Assembly: GCA_021788015.1 (NCBI GenBank)
Contig: JAJYLD010000001.1
Coordinates: forward strand, 209,581-273,580
DNA length: 64,000 bases
Reading direction: 5' to 3'
Origin: a bacterium
GTDB taxonomy: Bacteria; Patescibacteriota; Patescibacteriia; Patescibacteriales; JAKAJF01
Part shown: positions 44,740 to 53,213 of the stretch, in pieces
Position numbering within the stretch: the first letter of the stretch is position 1
Layout of the letters: the number at the start of each line of letters is the position of its first letter
Made by a program: the position numbers and the translations under genes
Notes under the pieces: model-generated
The model's database searches: none
What the model saw: the letters and a program-made list of their open reading frames with translations, nothing else
What the model was told of the DNA's origin: nothing

Positions 44740-45777
44740 ATGAAAATAGCTCTCCTTGCTCCGCTTTGGAAAAAAATTCCTCCCGAGAAATACGGCGGAT
44801 CGGAATTGGTTGTCGCCAATTTGGCAAAAGGATTAACCGAACTCGGGCATGATGTGACAACCTTGGCCTGCGGCGGATCAGAAGTATCCGGCAAACTTAT
44901 TCCTGTTATTGAAAAGCCGATGTATGATCTCGTTGGCGGTTTCGATTGGAGCGGAATCAAGCAATATGAATTTTTGTCTTTTTTTGAATTGGGCAAGCGA
45001 ATAAAAGATTTCGATATCGTTCATAACCACATGGGTTTTCATCCAATCGCTCTCGCTCCGTTTCTGGATATTCCGTTTGTCACGACGCTCCATAGCAGTT
45101 TGCCGCCGGATTTTCCGTTTTTGGCCGAAGCTTTTCGCGAATATCCGTTTGTCTCAATCAGCGAGGCGCAAAGAAGATTGGCGCCAGACTTGAATTATGT
45201 CGGAACGGTATATCACGGCATCGACGTGAAATCCTTTCGGCCGCGACCTGATGGCGACGGGAACGGTTTTGTCTTTATGGGCACCATGTCTCGCAATAAA
45301 GGCATCGATATCGCGGTCAAAGCCGCTCGCGCGCTCGGAGTAAAATTGACTATCGCGGGAGAAATAAGAGAAAGCGACGGGTCCTTTCTTGAAAAGGAAG
45401 TTTTTCCCTATGTTGACGGGAAAAACATACAACTTGTCGGAGAAGTCGATCATGAAGAAAAAAATCGTTTGTTTGCCGAGGCCGACGGCGTTCTTTTTCC
45501 ATCACGCTGGAACGAAGCCTTCGGATTGGTTATGGCGGAGGCGCTCGCTTGCGGCACGCCCGTTGTTGCGCTAAACAACGGAGCGGTTCCGGAAGTTATT
45601 AGAAACGGAAAAACGGGTTTTATCGTCGAAAACGAGCGGGAATTCACGGAAGCGATGGAAAAAGTCGGCAAAATTTCAAGAGAAGTTTGCCGCTCCGAAG
45701 CGGAACGGCGCTTCGATATTTCCGCGATGGCGGAAAATTATGATTACGTATATAAAAAATTAATCCAAACAAAATGA
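44740..45777 (+). CDS. Glycosyltransferase family 4
   Basis: MKIALLAPLWKKIPPEKYGGSELVV, and C-terminal PSRWNEAFGLVMAEALACGTPVVA. Confidence 0.85.
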   Translation: MKIALLAPLWKKIPPEKYGGSELVVANLAKGLTELGHDVTTLACGGSEVSGKLIPVIEKPMYDLVGGFDWSGIKQYEFLSFFELGKRIKDFDIVHNHMGFHPIALAPFLDIPFVTTLHSSLPPDFPFLAEAFREYPFVSISEAQRRLAPDLNYVGTVYHGIDVKSFRPRPDGDGNGFVFMGTMSRNKGIDIAVKAARALGVKLTIAGEIRESDGSFLEKEVFPYVDGKNIQLVGEVDHEEKNRLFAEADGVLFPSRWNEAFGLVMAEALACGTPVVALNNGAVPEVIRNGKTGFIVENEREFTEAMEKVGKISREVCRSEAERRFDISAMAENYDYVYKKLIQTK

Positions 45778-46925
45778 AAATAGCAATTGTCACGCCGGTA
45801 ATGGTAACGGTTCCTCCAAAAAAGTATGGAGGAATCGAGCTTATAGTAGATGAATTAGCGCGCGGTTTGGCCAAGCGCGGCCACGATGTTTCGGTATTTT
45901 GCGCCGGCGGTTCCAAAATCGATGGTAAAAATTTACATAGAGTCGAATCTTCTCCTTATCCAACAGGAAGACACCTTGAAGAGAACAGGTTATGGGAATT
46001 GCATCAACTTTTATCCGTGCTAAGCCGACAAAATGAATTCGATATCATTCATTTAAATTATGAACCGCTCGTATGCCGATTCAATGCGGATGGCATAAAT
46101 ACAAACCTGCTTGATTTCTTCACCGTTCCGGCAGTATCAACTTTTCATAACACAACCGCAATCCCTAAAAATATAAAATATTACCAAGATGCGCATTCGT
46201 TAAATAAGCACACTTTTGTTTTTGTTAGCGAAAACCAACGCAAGCGATTATCTTTCTTTCCTAGAACAAAAGTGATTTATAATTCAGTGAAAATTGAGCA
46301 ATTTTCCGTGGAGAGAAAGAAAGATGATTATCTTATGTTTCTCGGAAGAATCGCACCGGTTAAAGGCATAATTGAGGCGATCGTCATTGCCCAAAAAACA
46401 CAGATACCTCTTATAATCGCCGGCAAGATTGATCCGACCGATCGCGAATTCTATGAAAAAAAAGTAAAACGGCTTATCGACGGAAAACTAATCCGTTATG
46501 TCGGAGAAAAAAACTCTGTCGAAAAAGTTAAACTTTTGAAGCGAGCCAAATGCCTTTTGTTTCCTATTCTTTGGGAAGAACCGTTCGGCCTGGTTATGGT
46601 GGAAGCGCTCGCTTGCGGAACTCCTGTTGTCGCATTCAGGCGCGGATCCGTTCCGGAAATTATTAAAAATGGCGTCAATGGCTTTATTGTAAATACAATT
46701 GATGAAATGGCGGAAGCGGTGAAGAAAATAGAAAAAATTGATCTTTCGGCATGTCGCGAAAGTGTTGAAAAACGTTTCTCGGTGGAACGCATGGTCGGAG
46801 AATATGAAAATTTATTTAAAAAAATTATTAATGATTCAAAAAATAAAAAAGAAGTGGTAAAATATAATCATGATCGAAGAGAAAATAAAAGAAAACGTAA
46901 ATTTATCCCCGCTCTCAAGTTTTAA
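45774..46925 (+). CDS. Glycosyltransferase family 4 (paralog of the previous gene)
   Basis: MKIAIVTPVMVTVPPKKYGGIELIV and PILWEEPFGLVMVEALACGTPVVA. A basic C-terminal tail overlaps the murB start by 56 nt. Confidence 0.85.
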   Translation: MKIAIVTPVMVTVPPKKYGGIELIVDELARGLAKRGHDVSVFCAGGSKIDGKNLHRVESSPYPTGRHLEENRLWELHQLLSVLSRQNEFDIIHLNYEPLVCRFNADGINTNLLDFFTVPAVSTFHNTTAIPKNIKYYQDAHSLNKHTFVFVSENQRKRLSFFPRTKVIYNSVKIEQFSVERKKDDYLMFLGRIAPVKGIIEAIVIAQKTQIPLIIAGKIDPTDREFYEKKVKRLIDGKLIRYVGEKNSVEKVKLLKRAKCLLFPILWEEPFGLVMVEALACGTPVVAFRRGSVPEIIKNGVNGFIVNTIDEMAEAVKKIEKIDLSACRESVEKRFSVERMVGEYENLFKKIINDSKNKKEVVKYNHDRRENKRKRKFIPALKF

Positions 46926-47796
46926 AATCGGAGGAACGGCCAGATTTTTTGTCGAAGTGAAGAACAAAGAAGATTTGCGAGAAGCGATAAAATGGGCGAA
47001 AGAAAGGAAAGAGCTTGCTTATATTTTGGGCGGAGGCAGCAATATTTTAATAAATGACTCGGGCGTCGAAGGTCTGGTCCTGAAAATAGAAAATGAAGAA
47101 TTCGGCATCAAGGGGGATCGTATCGAGGCGGGAGCCGGAGTTTTGCTCGCGAAAGCCATGGTTTCCGCCAACGGCCGCGAACTTTCCGGTTTTGAATGGG
47201 CGGTCGGCATCCCGGGAACAGTCGGCGGGGCCGTTCGCGGCAACGCGGGAAATATCGGAGAAATTATCGAAACGGTTGAGGTTTATGATTCCAAAAAAGA
47301 TCGCTTTGAAAATTTCAGCCGCAAAGATTGCGAATTCGCATACCGTGAAAGCGTATTCAAGGAAAAGAAAAATCTTATCGTTTGGAAAACCGTTTTTAAG
47401 TTGGGCAAGGCGAACGCGAAAGAAATCAAAAAAACCGTTGAAAAATTTTTAAGCGCGAGAAAGGGCCAGCCCAATCTTCCGAGCGCGGGCAGCGTTTTTA
47501 AGAATGTGCCGCTTAAAACCGTTCGAACGAACAACAACGAGCTTGCCGAGCTGGCCTTAACGGAAAATAAGGTCGTTGATGAAAAAATTCCGGCGGGGTG
47601 GCTTATCGATTACCTGGGCTTGAAAGGCAAAATAATGGGCGGAGTAAAAATAAGCTTGGAACACGCGAATTTTATCGTTAATACCGGGAATGGAAAAACC
47701 GAAGACGTTATTATGCTCATAAGCTATATAAAACAGCAAGTTCGAGACAAATTAGGGATACAGCTGACGGAGGAAATCCAATATTTTGGAATTTAG
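46870..47796 (+). CDS. murB: UDP-N-acetylenolpyruvoylglucosamine reductase
   Basis: LSSFKIGGTARFF, ILGGGSNIL, GIPGTVGGAVRGNAG and PSAGSVFKN motifs. Confidence 0.92.
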   Translation: MIEEKIKENVNLSPLSSFKIGGTARFFVEVKNKEDLREAIKWAKERKELAYILGGGSNILINDSGVEGLVLKIENEEFGIKGDRIEAGAGVLLAKAMVSANGRELSGFEWAVGIPGTVGGAVRGNAGNIGEIIETVEVYDSKKDRFENFSRKDCEFAYRESVFKEKKNLIVWKTVFKLGKANAKEIKKTVEKFLSARKGQPNLPSAGSVFKNVPLKTVRTNNNELAELALTENKVVDEKIPAGWLIDYLGLKGKIMGGVKISLEHANFIVNTGNGKTEDVIMLISYIKQQVRDKLGIQLTEEIQYFGI

Positions 47797-47808
47797 TTTC
47801 GATTTAAT

Positions 47809-47867
47809 AAAACACAAAATTTTATTTAGAGCAAGTGGCTAAATTAAAATTTTGTGTTTTTATTTTT
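47809..47867 (+). terminator. Long perfect hairpin plus T tract downstream of murB
   Basis: AAAACACAAAATTTTA (47809-47824) is the exact reverse complement of TAAAATTTTGTGTTTT (47845-47860), followed by TATTTTT. Confidence 0.75.
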
Positions 47868-47917
47868 CTCTAAAATTGGCGTAAATTTAATTATAAAATA
47901 ATTACCATTGACTAATT

Positions 47918-47946
47918 AAAAAATTTATGTTATATTAATATAAATT
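47918..47946 (+). promoter_or_regulatory. Sigma-70-type promoter with extended -10
   Basis: TTGACT (47918-47923), a 17-nt spacer ending in TGt, then TATATT (47941-47946). Confidence 0.6.
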
Positions 47947-47990
47947 TTTAAAACATTAAATATTTAGTTCCATGCTTCTACAGAACTAAT

Positions 47991-49199
47991 ATGGAAAATA
48001 ATTCAATTCTTGACCAAATTATTTCAAACCAAAAGGCCGAAGAAATCGCCAAACTTAACGCCGTGGAGATTATCGGCAATATTTTCAGCAATTTAAACGA
48101 GCGCGAACGCGATGTTCTCAGCCGGAGATTCGGCTTGCGCGGAAACGGAAAAGAAACTTTGGAAAATATCGGCAAGGCGCATAATCTAACTCGCGAACGC
48201 ATCCGCCAAATTGAAATTTCCGGAATTAAAAAACTGCGCCAGCTCGATGAATTGGAAGATTACATAAAAGGCTTGCGCCATGTCATCACCCAGCTTTTGG
48301 AAGAACACGGCGGAGTCATGGAAAAAAATTATTTATTGAACAATTTGGTGAATTTTTCCGTTGACGGAGCCAAATCGGAAAATGTCGAAGAAATACATAA
48401 AAATCATCTCGATTTTCTTATCGCCAAACTTTTGCATAATGAATTCGAAGAAGTTCTCGATTCCGAATATTTCAAGGAATCGTTCAAATTGAAATATCAG
48501 ACTCTCGATCACCTTGAAGCACTGGCGAAAGAGTTGCTTGAAAAAATCCGTGAGATGAAACAAATTTTCTATACCCACGATCTTATCAATTTGGCCAAAG
48601 AACTTGATGGCTATAAAAATAACGAGGAAAAACTTAAAACTCCGAACAATATCGATATTTCCAGCGCTCTTAAAAGCGAATTGTTTGAAGAAGACTCCGA
48701 ACTTATTAATGAAAACAAATCTCTTTATTCTTTGCTCCGAGCCTTGAAACGGATTGAACAAAATAAATTCGGATATTGGGGCATCGAAGAATGGCGCGAA
48801 ATAAAACCGAAGACGATCAATGATAAAATTTATTTGATTCTTAAAAATAACGGTAAGCCCATGCATTTCGCCGAAATCGCCGCGAAGATCAACGAAATCG
48901 GTTTTGACGAAAAAAAAGCGAATCCGGCAACGGTCCATAATGAACTTATTCTCGACAAAAAATACATTCTTGTGGGACGCGGCCTCTACAGTCTTAAAGA
49001 ATGGGGGTATAAAAACGGCACGGTCGCGGACGTAATCGTCGATTTATTGAAAGAAAGTCCCGACGGCCTGACAAGGGATGAAATTATTAACAAAGTATTC
49101 GAACAGAGAATGGTAAAAAAGGCGACCGTAATTTTGGCTTTGATGGACAAAAATAAATTCGAACGGACGGAAAACGGGAAATATAAATTAAAAAGTTAA
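47991..49199 (+). CDS. Sigma-70 region 4-like HTH protein with a C-terminal HARE-HTH-like domain
   Basis: ERERDVLSRRFGL...ETLENIGKAHNLTRERIRQIEISGIKKLR is region 4. The C-terminal KIYLILKNNGKPMHFAEIAAKI...LVGRGLYSLKEWGY resembles the RpoE(delta)/HARE-HTH module. No region 2 was seen. Confidence 0.65.
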   Translation: MENNSILDQIISNQKAEEIAKLNAVEIIGNIFSNLNERERDVLSRRFGLRGNGKETLENIGKAHNLTRERIRQIEISGIKKLRQLDELEDYIKGLRHVITQLLEEHGGVMEKNYLLNNLVNFSVDGAKSENVEEIHKNHLDFLIAKLLHNEFEEVLDSEYFKESFKLKYQTLDHLEALAKELLEKIREMKQIFYTHDLINLAKELDGYKNNEEKLKTPNNIDISSALKSELFEEDSELINENKSLYSLLRALKRIEQNKFGYWGIEEWREIKPKTINDKIYLILKNNGKPMHFAEIAAKINEIGFDEKKANPATVHNELILDKKYILVGRGLYSLKEWGYKNGTVADVIVDLLKESPDGLTRDEIINKVFEQRMVKKATVILALMDKNKFERTENGKYKLKS

Positions 49200-49222
49200 A
49201 AGAAGCACTCAAAAATATAGAC

Positions 49223-49247
49223 AAAAAGACCTTGAAAAGGTTTTTTT
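49223..49247 (+). terminator. Weak intrinsic terminator
   Basis: AAAAAGACCTT-GAA-AAGGTTTTTTT, a short stem with one bulge followed by a T run. Confidence 0.45.
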
Positions 49248-49265
49248 GTTTTAAGTAGAGGTATT

Positions 49266-49348
49266 AATCTCAAATCTCAAAAAGCAAAAATTAAAACTGT
49301 AACTTAAAACTAAAAAGTTTTGAGATTTGCCATTTGAGTTTTGAGATT
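49266..49348. repeat. AT-rich palindromic element (TCTCAAA word family), third locus
   Basis: AATCTCAAATCTCAAAAAGC ... GCCATTTGAGTTTTGAGATT form complementary arms, using the same words as 21152-21296 and 34981-35418. Confidence 0.65.
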
Positions 49349-49402
49349 TTTTTTCTCAGCCAGATTTTATGTCCCGGTTCTGTTTGACGGATTGCAAGAA
49401 TG

Positions 49403-49432
49403 CCTCAAATTATGTTAAAATAAATTCATGAA
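49403..49432 (+). promoter_or_regulatory. Sigma-70-type promoter with extended -10 just upstream of SCAIR copy B
   Basis: TTGCAA (49403-49408), an 18-nt spacer ending in TGt, then TAAAAT (49427-49432). The predicted start lies within a few nt of the element's left edge at 49439. Confidence 0.55.
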
Positions 49433-49438
49433 TCCCGT

Positions 49439-49665
49439 TTTAGAAGCCGCGGTAGCTTTCACGGGAAGAATAGGTCTGATGTGAAATAAATTAAAATTTT
49501 TAACTTAGCAGATATAAATCAAATTTGATCGCGATCCCGATACAACAAATCCTGTCGGATTTGGCTACGGGACAAGTTCTATCGCACAAAACTTATTTTT
49601 AACCACGTCTCGCCCCGTAGTCACCGAGTTCACGAGGTGTACTACGGGGGTCTGCTTCTAACGGG
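49439..49665 (+). repeat. SCAIR element, long form, copy B
   Basis: The left arm is ATGAAT-CCCGTTTTAGAAGC and the right arm GTCTGCTTCTAACGGG ends at 49665, before ATG 49666. The core at 49522-49665 is nearly identical to 54048-54188. Confidence 0.8.
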
Positions 49666-51129
49666 ATGAATATCACCATTGATTTTAGCGCCATAAATAA
49701 TTTCTTAAACCAGCCGCTCGGCCCGTTGATGTGGCAAATTTTTTATACGATAGGATGGATTCCCGCCGTTTTTATCATGCTTTGGGGATTCAAGGAAATG
49801 TGGGTTGAGTATATACATAATCGTTGGGCGGGAGCGCAGAAAAAGATTTTATTGGCCATAGACATACCGCGCGGCAATACGCAATCTCCGCGAGCGGTCG
49901 AGAATATGTTCGCTTACCTCGCCGGCGCTCATGGCACCATCAATTTGGTTGAAAATTATTGGGAAGGGAAAATCCAGCTTTCTTTCAGCTTTGAAATCGT
50001 CAGCATAGACGGATATACTCAGTTTATAATCCGCACGCCCGAAGTTTTTCGCCATCTTGTCGAAACCGCGATTTATTCGCAATATCCGGACGCGGAAATC
50101 ACGGAAGTGAACGACTATATCGAAGGCATGCCGAAGAAATTCCCGGACGAAGAATACGACATGTGGGGGACGGAATTCATTCAGGCGAAAAACGAGGCCT
50201 ACCCCATTAAATTATATACGGAATTCGAGCACCAGATGGGCCCGGTGGAAACTTTTTATCGCGATCCCATGGCGGCATTGATGGATTTGTGCAGCAGTTT
50301 GCGCAAGGGGGAACAGCTTTGGTTCCAGATTATCGTCAAGCCCATCGACATGAACGAGTGGACAAAAATAGGGGACAAGGAGGCGGCGAAAATATTAAAA
50401 GAGAAGCCGGCGGAAGCCAAAGGAATTCTGCCTGGCATCGAAAAGGGTTTTTTTGGATTCTTTTCCGTATTGAGCGATATGATGGGATCCATGTTCGGCT
50501 ATGCTCCGGCGGAAAAGCAAAAGGAAGAAAAAAAGGATGAATCTCTCAAGATGATGCAGTTGAAACCGAAGGAGAGGAAACAGGTCGAGGCCGTTCACGC
50601 CAAAATTGGGAAAATCGGCTTTCATTGCAAATTTAGGTTTGTCTATATCGCGAAAAAGGACGTTATGAACAAACCGAAAGTCGTAAACGGTTTCGTGGGC
50701 TTCATGAAACAATTCGCGGCCATGGATTTGAACAATTTAAAACCGGATATGAAAAAAACCGCCACATCCGTTCATTATTTTTTTAAAAACTATCGCTTAA
50801 ACGGAAGGAAAAAAAGAGTAATAAGAAACTACATTGCCAGGGACGGAGGCAAAGGAAGGAAAATGGGTATTTTCACGACAGACGAATTGGCGACAGTTTG
50901 GCACTTCCCGGTCGAAAGCGTGGTCAAAGCCCCGATGATCCAGAAAGCGCCGGGAAGAAAGGCGGAGCCGCCATCAAGCCTTCCCATCGATATCGAACCG
51001 GCAAGCGAAGCCGTCTTCGAGCCGCGATTCCGAGAAGAAGTTCTCGGTCAAAAACCGAAGCAGATGCAGGAAGAAAAAATAAAAGAAGAAGAAAAAGGTT
51101 CGCCGCCGGACAATTTACCGTTTATTTAG
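49666..51129 (+). CDS. Hypothetical membrane-anchored protein, partner of the downstream TraD/VirD4-like ATPase
   Basis: 487 aa. One N-terminal TM (LMWQIFYTIGWIPAVFIMLWGF), a large soluble body and a Lys/Glu-rich C-terminus. No family recognised. Confidence 0.6.
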   Translation: MNITIDFSAINNFLNQPLGPLMWQIFYTIGWIPAVFIMLWGFKEMWVEYIHNRWAGAQKKILLAIDIPRGNTQSPRAVENMFAYLAGAHGTINLVENYWEGKIQLSFSFEIVSIDGYTQFIIRTPEVFRHLVETAIYSQYPDAEITEVNDYIEGMPKKFPDEEYDMWGTEFIQAKNEAYPIKLYTEFEHQMGPVETFYRDPMAALMDLCSSLRKGEQLWFQIIVKPIDMNEWTKIGDKEAAKILKEKPAEAKGILPGIEKGFFGFFSVLSDMMGSMFGYAPAEKQKEEKKDESLKMMQLKPKERKQVEAVHAKIGKIGFHCKFRFVYIAKKDVMNKPKVVNGFVGFMKQFAAMDLNNLKPDMKKTATSVHYFFKNYRLNGRKKRVIRNYIARDGGKGRKMGIFTTDELATVWHFPVESVVKAPMIQKAPGRKAEPPSSLPIDIEPASEAVFEPRFREEVLGQKPKQMQEEKIKEEEKGSPPDNLPFI

Positions 51130-51317
51130 TGACAAAAATAAAATTTTAAATTCTAATTTCTCAATCCTAAATTTATAGATCCAAATTACCAAAACGTTTT
51201 GAATTTTTATTTTTTGTCATCCGATATCGTTTGGAGTTTAGATATTATAAATTTTAGAATTTCAATTTGAGTTTTAGATTTTAATATTGCTTCGAATTTA
51301 GAATTTAAAATCATTTT

Positions 51318-53108
51318 ATGGATAACGAAATAACAGTATTCGCGGAAACGACTTTCCGCAATCATCATCGAAAATTCGGAATAAAAATCGACGATCGTCG
51401 CCGACATATGTATTTGATCGGGAAAACCGGTATGGGCAAATCGACCATTTTGGAAAATATGATTGTCGAGGACATCCGGGCCGGAAAAGGCGTCGCCGTA
51501 GTCGATCCGCATGGCGATTTGGCGGAAAAAATTATCGAGTTCATTCCCTCCGGCCGCGTCAATGACGTCGTTTATTTCAACCCCGCGGACATGGAATTCC
51601 CGATCGCTTTTAACGTTGTCGAACATGTCGAGCCACACTTGAGACATCTCGTCGCTTCCGGGCTTTTGGGAGTCTTTCAAAAATTATGGGCTGATTCATG
51701 GGGTCCTCGTTTGGAATATATTTTGCGCAACGCCATTTTGGCGATTCTTGATTATCCTGGCTCCACGCTTCTCGCCGTTACCAGAATGCTTTCCGATAAA
51801 GCCTTCAGAAAAAAGGTTATTGAAAAAATTCAGGATCCGGTCGTTAAAGCTTTTTGGGTCAATGAATTCGCCGGCTATGCCGACAAGTTCGCTTCCGAAG
51901 CGGTTTCTCCTATCCAAAACAAGGTCGGACAATTTTTGTCGAGTTCTTTGATTCGCAATATCGTCGGTCAAGTAAAATCCTCGATCGACGTCAGAAAAAT
52001 AATGGACGAAGGAAAAATTTTGATCATGAATTTAAGCAAAGGAAGAATCGGAGAAGATAACTCGGCGCTTTTGGGCTCTATGATGATCACAAAAATCCAG
52101 CTCGCGGCCATGAGCCGGGTCGATTTGCCGGAAAAGGACAGAAAAGATTTTTATCTTTATGTCGATGAATTTCAAAATTTCGCGACGGACAGTTTTGCCA
52201 ATATTCTTTCCGAAGCGAGAAAGTACCGTTTGAACTTGATCATGGCTCATCAATACATCGAACAGCTCGGCGAAAAAGTCAAGCCGGCCGTTTTCGGCAA
52301 TGTCGGCACTCTGATTGTTTTTAGGGTCGGAGCGGTCGACGCCGAAGAATTGGTAAAAGAATTTACGCCGACTTTTATGGAAGAAGACATCGTCAATTTG
52401 CCCAAATATGAATTTTATATAAAACTGATGATTGACGGGGTCGCTTCAAACCCGTTTTCCGCGCGCGGTTTGCCGCCTCTTGAAGAGGATGAAAAAACCG
52501 GCAATATCGAAAAGATCATAAAAGTTTCGCGTGAGCGTTATGCGAAAAAACGATCCGAGGTTGAAGAAAAAATCGCCCGTTGGCATATGAGCATAGAAGA
52601 AACGGAAGTAAAAAATTCGGCCGCGACAAAAGATAAAAGGAGAGAAGAAAAAGAACCTTGGAAAGAAAAAAACAAAAAAGTCGAATATTTGAAGCCAAAG
52701 ACCGAATTCGGGCGGGAAGAAAGAAAGACGGAAAGAAGCGATCGGGACAAGACGAATAAAAAGGAGGACGCTTTTCAATACGCGGCCGTTTGTTCACGAT
52801 GCGGAAAGGAAACGAAAATTTCTTTCGTGCCCGACGGTATTCGGCCGATATTTTGTAAAGATTGTCTCGCGATCGCGAAAAAAGAAAAACAATCGGAAGT
52901 CGAAACAAGAAAAAAAATGAAAATGAGGGAACTTGAAAAAATATCCCCGGCGGAAATCGATTCTCGGCCCGAGATGTCTCTGTCCCAACTTTCAAAGGAC
53001 AATATTGTAAGTTTTAAATCGGACAAAGATGGTTCGGCTCCGAAAATTGCCGATCCAAAAGCATTCGAGGGAAAATTAGAAGATGGTAAAGAGGTTAATT
53101 TTGAATAA
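51318..53108 (+). CDS. TraD/VirD4/HerA-like P-loop ATPase with a Lys/Glu-rich tail and a C-terminal CxxC...CxxC zinc ribbon
   Basis: Walker A GKTGMGKST, DPHGD, Walker B-like FYLYVDEFQNF, RKYRLNLIMAHQ, and the C-terminal CSRCGKETKISFVPDGIRPIFCKDC (52791-52865). Confidence 0.75.
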   Translation: MDNEITVFAETTFRNHHRKFGIKIDDRRRHMYLIGKTGMGKSTILENMIVEDIRAGKGVAVVDPHGDLAEKIIEFIPSGRVNDVVYFNPADMEFPIAFNVVEHVEPHLRHLVASGLLGVFQKLWADSWGPRLEYILRNAILAILDYPGSTLLAVTRMLSDKAFRKKVIEKIQDPVVKAFWVNEFAGYADKFASEAVSPIQNKVGQFLSSSLIRNIVGQVKSSIDVRKIMDEGKILIMNLSKGRIGEDNSALLGSMMITKIQLAAMSRVDLPEKDRKDFYLYVDEFQNFATDSFANILSEARKYRLNLIMAHQYIEQLGEKVKPAVFGNVGTLIVFRVGAVDAEELVKEFTPTFMEEDIVNLPKYEFYIKLMIDGVASNPFSARGLPPLEEDEKTGNIEKIIKVSRERYAKKRSEVEEKIARWHMSIEETEVKNSAATKDKRREEKEPWKEKNKKVEYLKPKTEFGREERKTERSDRDKTNKKEDAFQYAAVCSRCGKETKISFVPDGIRPIFCKDCLAIAKKEKQSEVETRKKMKMRELEKISPAEIDSRPEMSLSQLSKDNIVSFKSDKDGSAPKIADPKAFEGKLEDGKEVNFE

Positions 53109-53213
53109 AAAATGTCTAAATTATAATTTCCAATTTCTAAATTTAGGAATTGGGAATTTTATTAGACCTTATAATTTAGAAATTAGAAATTTTTGTCATT
53201 ACTCTCGCCTATT

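Noticed and set aside
47965-47990. CATGCTTCTACAGAACTAAT before the ATG of the sigma-like gene shares TGCTTCTA with the SCAIR right arm
   Set aside because: It is only an 8-nt match, with no AACGGG, no complementary left arm upstream, and it is not adjacent to the ATG.
48333-48938. 201-aa minus-strand ORF inside the sigma-like gene
   Set aside because: It is an antisense shadow of a Lys/Glu-rich coding region with a Phe-rich low-complexity product.
49487-49497. CTGATGTGAAA in copy B, reminiscent of the hammerhead CUGANGA...GAAA core
   Set aside because: It is not conserved in copies A or C, and it lacks the intervening stem II and the required flanking helices.
51130-51317. Regularly recurring AT-rich words checked as a possible CRISPR array, here and in other spacers
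   Set aside because: There are no identical direct repeats separated by unique spacers of uniform length. The words form inverted repeats, and no cas genes are present in the window.
51207-51680. 157-aa minus-strand ORF overlapping the start of the ATPase gene and the AT-word spacer
   Set aside because: It overlaps the well-supported plus-strand ATPase (Walker A region) in antisense. The remainder is low-complexity spacer.
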